Both the position numbers and the translations under genes were made by a program. DNA of 64,000 bases from assembly GCF_000002075.1 (NCBI RefSeq), contig NW_004797365.1, positions 63,195-127,194 of the forward strand, in the 5' to 3' direction. Under the pieces are notes generated by a model. The model ran no database searches. It was not told the origin of the DNA and was given only the letters and a program-made list of their open reading frames with translations. This document shows positions 39,501 to 51,500 of this stretch, in pieces; position 1 is the stretch's first letter; every line of letters begins with the position of its first letter. The DNA comes from Aplysia californica. Taxonomy: Eukaryota.

Positions 39501-42500
39501 CCGATGTCTAATATGATGCTAAAGCCGATATGAATTGAAAATGGCTCTAAATTTTAGAGATTCTGAATCAATATAATTCAATAAACTAGATTCAGATGCT
39601 GGAAGTGCAAAATAATCAAATGGTAGTGATGGTAGTTTGAGATAGAGAAAGAGGTAGATCACCTGTCGCCAGCAGAGTAGGCTAGTACTAATACTAGTAC
39701 AAGTCCTTACTAGAGTCTAGTATGATTCAAGTGGTGACGCTTGAAATAGTGTTGCTTAAGTCATCAAAAACTTATAAATTTAGTTTTCTTTGTTTTGTTA
39801 AATATTTTTGTGTGTATTTTAGCACAGAAACGGTAACACTCTCACAAAAACAGCAAAAATATTGTACTGGCTTGTTAGGCCAAAAAAAAAAGTTTTAGTC
39901 CCCAAAACTTTTCGTTTTTTGAAAAGCTATATACAACATGAACAGAATAACAGAGTCAAAATTCTTTCTGTTCTGTAAAGCTCAACATCTACTGAAACTG
40001 GCCAATTTTCATAAATCTAGCATAAATAAGTACAGAGTAACCAGATTTTAAAGAGGTAAAAAAAAGCTGGCAGGCTGCGGCATGGTCTGAGCTAAGGTGA
40101 TTTAATGTGAGTTAATGTGACAGGAACAATGTACATAATACATACAACACATACAACGATAGCCATATTGCTTTCCTTACCTTAATTTTGGGCGACTGTG
40201 ACTGTTTCTTGTAACCAGCTAAAGCTTTCTTACAATTATCCAAGGCTCTTTGATATAATGCTACTGTTTCTTTCCATTTCTTAGCACTAGAGTATGAACG
40301 AGCTATATAGAAGGACCTGAAATAAAGAAAAATCTTGTTAGTGATAAGGTTTACTTCTAGTAAGAGAATTACATGTAAAGCACTTACAACACAAATAGGT
40401 CATATGTGAGGCAGTGTGGTGAAATAAGGTGCTCGTCAAAATAATGAACGTCAAGAAACTGGCATTTTTCTGCAGGTTTGGGAATTTTTACCAAAATTTT
40501 ATTTCTTGGGTCAACACCTTTCCTGTCCATTAAAGAACACATTTTGGAGTGGATTTTACAGAAAAACGTTGATTAAAGGCCTAAAACATGTAGATTTTCA
40601 GTTTCCACGGACTCTCAAAATAAGGAAATAACTCAACTTTGGCAGCCATTTTTTTGCGAATTTTACCTCTGAAACCAGGTGACCCCCGCCTTCTTCAATT
40701 GCGAATATCTTTACTTGTGTCAGAGATAAATGGATACTTTTTTCATCACAAGCAAGGCAAATGGACAGGCTTTAAGACAATATCAATAACTCCATATGCT
40801 CCAAAATCGACAAGCACCTGATTCCACTGCACCAAGACACATATAAGTGCTGAAGATTAGAGTTGTTACTAAAAAAAAAATAACCTACCAAAAAAAAAAA
40901 AAAAGACAGAAAAAGGAGAGATAAGGACGATTCATATTTGATAGGAAAGAAAGAGCAAACCACACCAGAGTGCCCCACAACAATCCACTTATTTATTTTG
41001 ATAGAATAATTAATACATCAAACAAAAAGTTTAATTTATTCCCCCCCCCCCCCCCCCCCAAGGCTAAAACATTTATGATATCAAATGTTATATCTTTCAA
41101 ACGATAACTTGAACACGTAGTTTATCTATAAATCTCACCAATGTTTCTTGTACTCACCTAAAAGCTTTGTATCTTAAAACAGAAGCCTCTGTTTCTGACT
41201 CTATGGTGGGATCGTCCTGTATACCATGAAGGTTGGGGATCTCTGTCAAGTTCTGAAAACGGGAACAAAAAGAAAAAAGAAATTATGCCGTTTTGAGACA
41301 GCAAACCAAAGTTAAAGTTAAAGTAGAAAAATACACAATTTTTTTTAGACTACAAATATGGTTCTCAGGGAGAACAGCTTTAGTGGGAAAAAAAAACAAC
41401 ACGCAAGCTCAAAAGCCGAGTATATTAACCATGGTTTATCTTGACACTTGCCAGAAACCCACTTACAAGAGTTTTTGGGTTCCTTTACACATACAATTCA
41501 TTCATCGACAAACTGGCAGTTTATCCAAAGGACGCTAGATATGGGTCATTGTTAAACTGAGTTTGTCAACGAGAGAAGTTCCATTTAGATATACAGTTTA
41601 TTAATCTTTAAAGTGTCAGTCCTTGACAAAACACACCAAAAAAAATTAACTTGGTAATCCAGCATAAATTGTATTCCCTGTGTGAATTTGACTAATTTCG
41701 GGTCGCTGATCATGAAAATATTATTTTATTAATTTGACCAATATTTAGGAAAATTTTGGAATGCATTTTCAACTCCGCCTGGGGCAAACATCAAGGAAGC
41801 CGCTCCCTCGTCATCATGCCTTCAGTTTGCCGGCCGGCAAATGTCTGGCGTCGCCAGATATCTGGTGGTTGGACTGAGAACCCTTCGATATCGAGAGGAT
41901 TGCTTGTTTCCATGCTCAGTTTTACCGGGGAAGTTGACGGGATGTCAATCATTTTTTCGAAAGCTTGTCGATCAATGATCTGTACGTGTAAATGTACAAA
42001 GGAACTAATGGAAACATTTTTGATAAATGACACACAAAGGGGGAAAAATGATTTATAAAAACAGAACAATATTAAAACACATTAAGGCTTGTTATAGTTC
42101 TTTTCAAAACATATCATACCAATACCGTAAATTGAATCTCTCAGTCCTGGAAATACGCATTTACCTGTATAATGATGTCGTAAAGGCGCACCAGGTCCTG
42201 GGGTTTGGTCAGCTTGCGGCCTTCCTCTGGGTTGTTCTCTGGAAGGTTCTGCTTGAGGTTCTCCACCAGCAGCAAGTTGCGTTCCACAGTGGTGCTCAGC
42301 CGCAGGTACATCAAATACGAGTGCAGGTAATGTGCATTTGAGATTTTCCCTTCGATGGGCTGGCCGCGTACTGCTGCTTTGAATACCTGCGGAAAGCAGA
42401 AAAGAACAAGCTTGAAAATCAATAAAAGAGAAACTTACTACAAAAGGCAATTTTTAAAAAACTGAAACAGCTGAGCACACCCTTTGGAGGACTGCTTTGC

Positions 42501-45500
42501 ATCAAGAGTAGAAACACCAGTCCCACGAACTGAATTTTGTTTTGTCTTAGCATGAGTTTTACGGCACTTGCAACACAATTTAGGTCATAAAAATGCTGGA
42601 TATTAGAAATGTTACAAGAGAGTTTCGTAAGAGTATTATGACACTCGCAACACAATAAGGTCACTTTACTTCAGTAGAGGTTTTACGGCGCTCGCAACTG
42701 CATAAGGTCATATGAGCGCCAGAAGATTAGAGGTGTTACAAGTGAGTAACAAACATAAAAAAGAAGGAGGGGAGATAAGGATGATAAATGTTTGATAGGA
42801 AAGAAGAAGCAAACTACACCAGAGTACCCGTCAACCACCCACACAATAAGTCATGTAAGTGCCAAAGATTAGAGGTGTTACAAGAGAGAAACAAAAACAA
42901 AAAAGAAAGAGAGATAAGGACGATACATGTTCGATACGAAAGGAGGAGAGAACTACACAAGAAGACCTGCCAACTACCCACTAAATACAATTTTTTAATT
43001 ATCTTTCCACAATGGTTTTCAACAGGTAAAGAAATACACTCAAACGTCTTTTAAAAAGACCGCAAATCACATTACAACTTCCTCTTTAAAACAGCAACAT
43101 CCCACCCTCACCCCTGCAAAAATATGACCATCCTCTTCACTTTTCACCAAGGCAACAGAACACTAATATAAACAATGCAAGCTTTGCTTCCAATTCTTAG
43201 ACAGCACACATTGCGCAAATTAAAAGAGATTTTTGTCAATGTTTTCCTGAGGCTTCACTTTCCTAAACGGCACAAAGCATATCAATCTAAAAGTGCCAAC
43301 CCCCCTCATCATACCTGGTCCTCTTGCAAAACATCCCGGAGAGCCTGCTGAGCGTCAATGCACTGTTTGAGCAGGCTCTCGTAAATGGACACCCGGCTGT
43401 CCATGCTCTCTGCAGCCTCCAGTTCCGTGTTGAGGTCCTGCATGTTGAGCAGAAACAGTCGCACTGCTTCCACCTTCACTGGCACCGTCCGGCCTCGCCA
43501 AGTTACCTCCGACAACGTGGCCGCTTGCTTCTCTCTCGTTTGTGACAAAAGGTCCTTTAAAATAGAAAAATAAAGACAGGTGTTCAACTTTCTTCAAAAA
43601 TAGAAAGGTCAAAGAGTTTAGTAGGTTTCAGTCCAGTATTTTCATTAACAGAAACCTATACCTCACATAAATTCGTAAACTGAGATTGAAAGTGCAAAAT
43701 CTAAAAGCTTAACATATATCAACTTTAAAAGGCAACATAATAAATACAATGTCAACAATATCAGGTTTTGAATGCAGTTCATCACAGAAAGGGAAATAAT
43801 GAAATTCAATTACTGTACCATCATTTAAATTTCCTTTTTAGCATCTACATCTAATTAATAATATATCAAGATATGATTATTCAAGCAACCTGTCAATTTA
43901 TTGCTCTGTTTCTGTTAAGGTGGATTGAGATTTAATCCTCTACGTGCGCACCACGACCACTGGTCGTGATGACTCATACCTCCCTTCCGCGCATCGTGAC
44001 CACCGGTCGTGATCCGACATGAGTATAGACAGAGCTGTTAAAGTACTTTTTAAAAAGTACTGAAGTACAAATTTAAGTACAATTTAAAAAATGTACTTAA
44101 GTATAGTAAAAGTAAAAGTACTTTCCTGTAAAATGTACTTGAGTACAAGTACTTTTTAAAAAAGTACTTATGAGTACATTTTGAGTACTTTCTGCTAATA
44201 TGCTAAAACACTTCAGCGCTTTTGCAAAACATCATATTAAAAAACATATCCAGTATATTTGACAATTAGGCTATTTATTACTAAAAATGTAAACAGTATA
44301 CAAAGCATTTGAAACAAAGTACGCACTGAACGAAGGTGGAAATGGTCTGTGAAATTGAAAAAATGACCCCAAACAAACAGACGCAACTAGTGGGTAAGTG
44401 ACATTATGAATAGAACTTGTTTGAGCAAGACAATGTGATCAAATGTAAGTCAGTCCAAGAGGTCGGAAAGTTCTACAGAAAAAGTATCCAAATTGGAAAA
44501 TGTAGATACAAAGCTGCTCTTAAGAAAACATAAAATTAATGAAAACGGCCAGCATAGAAATGGAAAAGTGCATTGAATTCTTCATTAACAAATCCTCAAG
44601 GAATCATTGTAGCCTTAAGCAAAAACCCAAAAAATAAAAGTTTAAAAGAAATTTAGGCAGCCTTAAAATTTGTTAGATATACATTGAGAACACCGTTTCT
44701 GTTTCAATTGATAATTGGTAATACAGATTTTGGTCACACTGTGTAGTCGACGGCGCCCACGGAAAACCAAAATACATGTAGTTTCCTAGGGTCTAGTAAG
44801 TGTAGTGTAACCAAAGATTCTCTACTACAGTAAGTCTCCGCCTAAGATCCCAGTGCTCGGAAGAAAGAAAAATAATTATTATGGGATCTCAGCCGACGAA
44901 GCCAAGGAAGAATCTACAGTGACCCATGAACTGACGTGACCCCTGGGTGGATTTATGACATATGACGAGCAAACGAGTGGTCAACCTTGATGACCAATCA
45001 CAGTGGCATGAGGCATGCCATAAATAATATATAAACACACTCATTAGCCTATCGTGAGTCTTGAGATCTTTATCTACGTTTAACCAGTTGCTCCTCCCCT
45101 TCACCTGTCCAACAATTTTAGCTTTCCATCTCTGATTGAGTCCCCCCCCCCCCCCCCAAACCGCCTTTACTTTGTCGTTACGCACCATCACGTTCTGACC
45201 ACACCAATTAAAATTCAGGCTGTCTCGCAAATTCGGGAAAAGAGAAAAACTGCTTTCAATGGTCAGGGAAGAGTTCACAGTTTGATGTGATCCCGCCTGG
45301 AGCGAACTTGTAGGCCCTACCCACCCAGTGAATGATGTAAGTTTAGGTGGTGAGCTCAGATGCGAGTGCGATGTTCGGGGAAGAGAAGCGCATCGGTCAG
45401 TTCACACCTTGGTGTGATCCCGTCTGGAGCAAACACTGTACCGTTTCATGGAGTTTTAAAACGCTTGTGATCACATTCACGATAGTGGCTGATCTTTGAC

Positions 45501-48500
45501 GGGACGGGCCGTTCTTTGATCTCAACTTTTAACTCTTGATTGATCGGCTGTGCCCGCCCGGGTGTTTGTTCCATAAATTATTATCAGAAATGGAGGCACT
45601 TACCCTTTTGTTAAGCTTCAAAAGTACTCAAAATGTACTTGAAAAATACTCAAAAGTACTTTTATAAAAAGTATCGGAGTACAGTAAAAGTACTGTTTTC
45701 AAAAATGTACCGGAGTACAGTAAAGGTACCGAAAATTGTAACGTAAGTACAAGTACTCCGTTACAACCAGCTCTGAGTGTAGAAACTATACCGCCGACAT
45801 GACAATAGCCATTTTTTAAACTGCTGGTGACTACAGTTCACCAGTGCAACGTTTATTAGCGCCGCTGGCAGCGCATTTCGCAGTGAGGGATCGGTTGGGA
45901 GTTTTTATCGGCAATTTTCTGGGATATTGTTTACAGTTTTCAAAATGTCGGATTCGTCAGCTGATTTACACTCAGATTTACCTAACATTTTTCTGGAATC
46001 GGACCACTGAGATAAAGAGTTAGAAGGATTAGGTCTCAAGTAAAAGATTTAGATCTAGGTGTGAATGATGGGGATATCGTGTCATAGATCTAGATCTAGC
46101 GTGGTTAAGCCTAGAAGGGGACGTCGATATTCCTGCTGATCTCCAAGCAGGCTGGACTAAAAATGATGAGGAATTTGATACCAACAACAACATCATTAAA
46201 AACACATCGGACCAGACATAAGGGTAGTTCGTAGTTTAAGACACATTTTTCCTTCTTACTGTAATTAGAAATTATGATAAATAAGAAAGATATGAGCTTT
46301 TTTTATAGCCATGTTGAAAATAAGCATTTTTCTAAAATAAACCTAGCACTGAAGGGAAGTAAAGGTAAAAATGGTTTAGCGCTTAGAGGGTTAATATTAC
46401 ACAGTAGTCTCCACCTAAGATCCCACCATTTACGGTACTGGTTCGCCTAAGATCCTGCTGCTTTTTTACTATGTAAAAGTCACCCCTAAGATCCCGCACT
46501 GAAGGAACTACATTCAGCTAAGATCCCGCTTTTCAGGTCATAATTTAGTTGTTTTTTTCTTTATTTACGAAAAAAAAAAAAGAATAAGAAACATGGGCGC
46601 TCTCAGCTGATCAACCAAGTAACGAAAATGTGCAATCATTGTACGGTCCGTCGCTTCACTGATCATTCACTCTCATGAATGTGATCACACCTGTGTTGTA
46701 AATGTCGATAAGCGGTTCCATTGTTTACCCCCGACGGGATCTCACCAAGGTGTGAACTCTTCGATTCCTTGCTTTCCCCCATCACCTGCGCCGTCCGCCT
46801 GATCTTACATCACACACTAGGTGGGGAGGGTCTACAAGCAAGCGTCAGACTGCATTCCATCAAACTGTGAACTCTGGGATGCTTATGTTTTCCCCAACCA
46901 TCACTCTTGTCTTTCAGTTTTGCGCTTTAACTTCCTAGACAGACTGGCGCTCATACTCGTGGACTGTCCGATTGCCTTTGCGATATGGGGTCATCTGTTG
47001 GCAGTGAACTTGCCTTTCATATTTCTAAAATTTGGTAGGTGTGGTCACAACACAATGATTTATGTGGCACCATGATAGGGGTGGGGAACTCAGAGATCGA
47101 AAACAATACATTTTTGGCGCGGGGCATAGCTTGGAGCCAACTGGCTCCCACTCCCACCTGACACGGTATTTTTTAAAAAGCTTCTCTCCCCCCTCCCAAC
47201 CTCCAGACAAAAAAAGGAAAAACTGACTTTTGAAAAGAACTTTTAGAGCCCTGGAGTCACGTCAATTCATTTTAAAGTAAGGGAAGATCATAGTACAGAT
47301 TATGGGCCTGACTATGAGTTACTGTGGGGTCTTCCCACTGGCCATTCGGCTAAGATCCCGGTTACCTAAAGATCCCGCATTTTCCTTGCTCCCGAGCAGC
47401 GGGATCTTAGGCGAAAACTGAAAAAAGTGCACTGTCTGCTATATGCTCATGTCGAATAAGGTTTTATAAGTTGTAATGGTGGGTGTAGTCATTAGTTTCC
47501 ATGGAAAAGGAGACTTTATTGAAAATACTTGCAAAAAAGTCTCACATCTAGCTTCAGTGTCAGCTGGTCTTCACCAGCAGCAATCCTCATCTTTTGTAGA
47601 TCCTGCAAAGCCGACTCATCACCAATGTTGTATGCACAGTAGCGCAAGTTGGGGGAAATCTCATCGACTCTCTGCTGGTACAAAGCTTGCAATTCCTCTG
47701 AGAAGGCATTTGCTAGTTTCTCATAAATAGTCCTGGGAACAGAGAGGTCCAGTGTTTAATTAGACTCAAGAAATAAAAAAGACGATATTGCAAGCAAATC
47801 ATTACTCAACTGCAGAGCATTTGCTAAACAAAAATAACACACCAAAGACACTTTCTTTTTCAGTCAAGGAAGTGGTATGTTGTACGACAAAGAAGAAGAT
47901 AAATTCAACAAAGTTCAACATTGTCATAATAATAATCAATGAAATTTAAATAGCGCTCAACCCCAATTAAATAACAAAAGCTCTTTTTTTTTTTGGGGGG
48001 GGGGGCAAGTGTTTTATGGCGCGGGCAACTGCATATGGTCATATGAGTGCGCGGGACACGTTTAACATTTTTCAGTAGGTAGGCAATTTTGAATTTTGCG
48101 CAGGTGGCAGCTGAAGCCTACTCTTATCGATTTTAGATCACCAAGGGATCTTTAACGTGCGCAACTTGCACACGGGACCTCCGAGATTTTTCGCCCTTTT
48201 CCAAGAAGGCTGGGTGTAGATCTTTCCTACCAGAAGATCAGGGGTGTGGCTGAAAGACAGCAGTAAGGAGCCAAGGAATAGAAAGCTGCAGAAAGAGTCA
48301 GGAGCCCAGAGGAGGGGGCAAAGGAGGTGATGCGGTGGGCACAGAAAGTGGAGACGAAGGCAGACGACAGAACATTGCTTGAGAGCAGGAAAGGAGGTGA
48401 AAGGAGACAATTTTAGAGAAGAAAATTTTTCCGTCGCTATCCGGATTCAAACCTGGGACCTTTGAATGAGAGGCGAACACCTTAACCTCTTGGACACGAG

Positions 48501-51500
48501 AGTCCCCATACAAGCTCTGGGGGCTTTACAAATACAATAGCAACACATAAACAGTCCATCGTGTTCCACTACATGTCTCTCTCGCTACATATTATTCATT
48601 AATCTAAAAACAGTAATGACTTTTTAATTCAAAGTTTCATTGATAGTAAAAGTATTTCTTTTTGTCAGCTGATGACCTTCAATTGCAAGTCGTAAATAGT
48701 TTTAACAGAAAAGACAAATATGATGGCACATAATCATTCAAGCATTTATGACAGGGTGGTCAACTTTACATAATTCTTTTCTCAGAAGTTACCCAGTGCA
48801 ATGTCCATAAAAGAGGTGTAGCAGAGTCTCGCTTTTTTTATTATAAAACTAAACACACAGCATTGTTTTGGGTAATTTGAAGTCTTTTCCTTTTTCCAGA
48901 GATAATCCTGATAAGGAAGAGTTACAATAATCAAGTCTTGATAAAACTAAGCTATTTTAAACTAATAGAACAGAATATTAAGTATTGATTACACAACATA
49001 TTTTAATGTTTTCTTATTTCTAAACACATGAAGCTGATCAGACTATTTTCCTAAGCCAACATTTGACAAATTGGAATAAAAATAGATGCAACGGTTTCAA
49101 CATTTTCTTGAAAATACAGATTCCACATCATCAATCATCACGTGATCATTGTCGACCTCATAGACTTTGCACTGCCGACCGGTTTGACTTCTATTTTATC
49201 ATTATTCAACATTAATTTATTTTTGTTCATCCACTTTTTCACTACAATTTTCAGCATGATGTACAAGTTCATCTAAGTTTATAGACATTGCTGAACCATG
49301 AATTTGAGTATCATCAGAAGAGAAAATGCAAAGGGCTTACTTGGCTTTGGTGTACAACTCCATTGCACTCTCCCAGTTTTCTGTCTCAAACTGCAAGCTT
49401 CCTTTGATCCATGCATTGTATGCCTGAAAACAAGTGAAAATGAAATTTGAACTAACTATCCTGAAACAGCTAAACAATACAACACAAAACCTGTGACTAC
49501 CTTGTAAAGTATACAACCTAAGACACAATACTTAGTAGAGGTGTATACGTTGTTGTTATTTGTCAAAACAACTGGCTTTATGACTGGTTTGTACACGCTT
49601 AGAACCAGGCCACAATTTGCTCTTTTGAGAAAAAAACCTAATTGTGAGGTCATAAGAAAGGCAAAAGCACGCACACAAAAAAACACCCTTTGTTAACTAT
49701 CTCAATATCAAAGGAAAGGAATGAGAGGAAGAAAAAAAAAGGATATGTTTCCATGGTGCAGACTGACAATTGCTCTAAAATCAAGTATTTGCCAGGACAC
49801 ATCATTAGCAAAAGATCAATAACACTGCCAAATTTTCCACTACGTTCAATCTTAGTTTTAGAAAGTCCTAAAAATGTTTTAAACTTTTTTTAACCGGGAG
49901 GCGCGCAAGGAAATCTTTTTAAAAATCTATTCATATCTCACCATTAAAGATTAGAAATCATTTCTCATTACAAAAGCTCCTCAGAGGTACAATTAACTAT
50001 GCAATCAGCAATACTGACAATATTTTAAGAACAAACGGTTTATGTGAAGCCTTTACACCCTATTCACCTATTATAAAGTAACACAATGCATGAAACTACA
50101 AAACACTTCCCAAAAGAAATAATGACTAGAATGAGTGAAAACAAGTTTAGCTACTGACAGTACCTGGCACTCAAGCTTGGTTCTTGCATCACATTTCTCA
50201 CTATCACAGAGGCTGGCAAGCTCCTCTGAGTAGACAACAGCCTTCTTCAGCTTGGAAACCATATGGAAGCGCTTTCGGGGCTCTGTGTTGGCCTCCGACT
50301 TGAGCTGCATAGCATATGCCCAGCATCTCTCAGCACAAAACAGTGGCAATTGTAAATATCTGAAAATATGTACAGGTATTTATTAGTGAAATATGTCAAT
50401 GAAGCTTACTTTCAATAGCTCTTTAAAAATTTCCAAATTATCTTCAGCGAAGTTCTCTTCTAAACTTATTTTTCAACACTTCCCTTGATCGTATCTGTTT
50501 AAAGATCTCAAAATGACTACAATAATGTGAACAATTTATGATACACTTACAGTTTGTCTGAGCATAAGAAGAGTTTCTTAGTCGTAAACAATCTTTCTAA
50601 AACTACAGTATTACCTAAGGTCTGAAACTTTTACTACGGAAAATACGTTGCGAGCGCCATAAAAACTCTTACTAAAACAAACAAACTAAAAACAGAATAA
50701 ACAAGGTTTCAAAACAAAGCAAAGAAAAATGTGAAAGTCTAAGACTAAATGTGACCAACGCACAAATGTTTGAAAAACTGCAATGGAAAGAACAATGTGA
50801 AAAACAAAAATTCACATTACCATATTTTATTGGCCTATTCCAACTCCCCTCTACTTAAGGCAAAATGTTACCTTGAATCTGAAAGAATTTCTGGTGTCAC
50901 TTTTTTGGGTGCAACACGATTCCTATTTCCTTGAGGAAAGTGAAGTGACTTCCTGATCCTTCTGATTCTGCGAGAGCAATACCCTCTGTGGAAATATATA
51001 CAATAGTTATTTATTTCTAGCAAATGTGACATAAAACAATCTATAAAAAGGAACAAGAAAGCAACTTTCTGCTGTGCACTAAACAAAAGAAAACACATGG
51101 CAAATGAGTCGGAGAGTGGACAATGAACACCATAAGAATTTTTTTTAAATCCAAATCCTTCATTTCATAAAACTGGATGTATTGGTTCTATACTTATATT
51201 TCTAGAAGGAAAAAAAAGGTACATCCAAAACGAAAGGGAATCACTACATTTTCAAAAACTATCATTTCAAAATCAATGTGAATGATAATTGTTAAGCAAA
51301 GAAAAGCTTACCATTTGAATACAGCCTTTAGTAAAAACAAGTCAATAGAAAAGAAAAAAATAGAAACTGTTAAAAACAAATGATTTTAAACTAAACCAGA
51401 ACTTATACTTTAACTCTGACCCACAGTAAAAGAAACAAAAGACCACAGGCTCCAGACCACCAACAGTATCAGGTTTGACTAACCTGTATCTCTGGAAATC

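Noticed and set aside
48430-48507. Possible tRNA-Glu gene
   Set aside because: The cloverleaf is degenerate and continues into a SINE body shared with the 24-kb copy.
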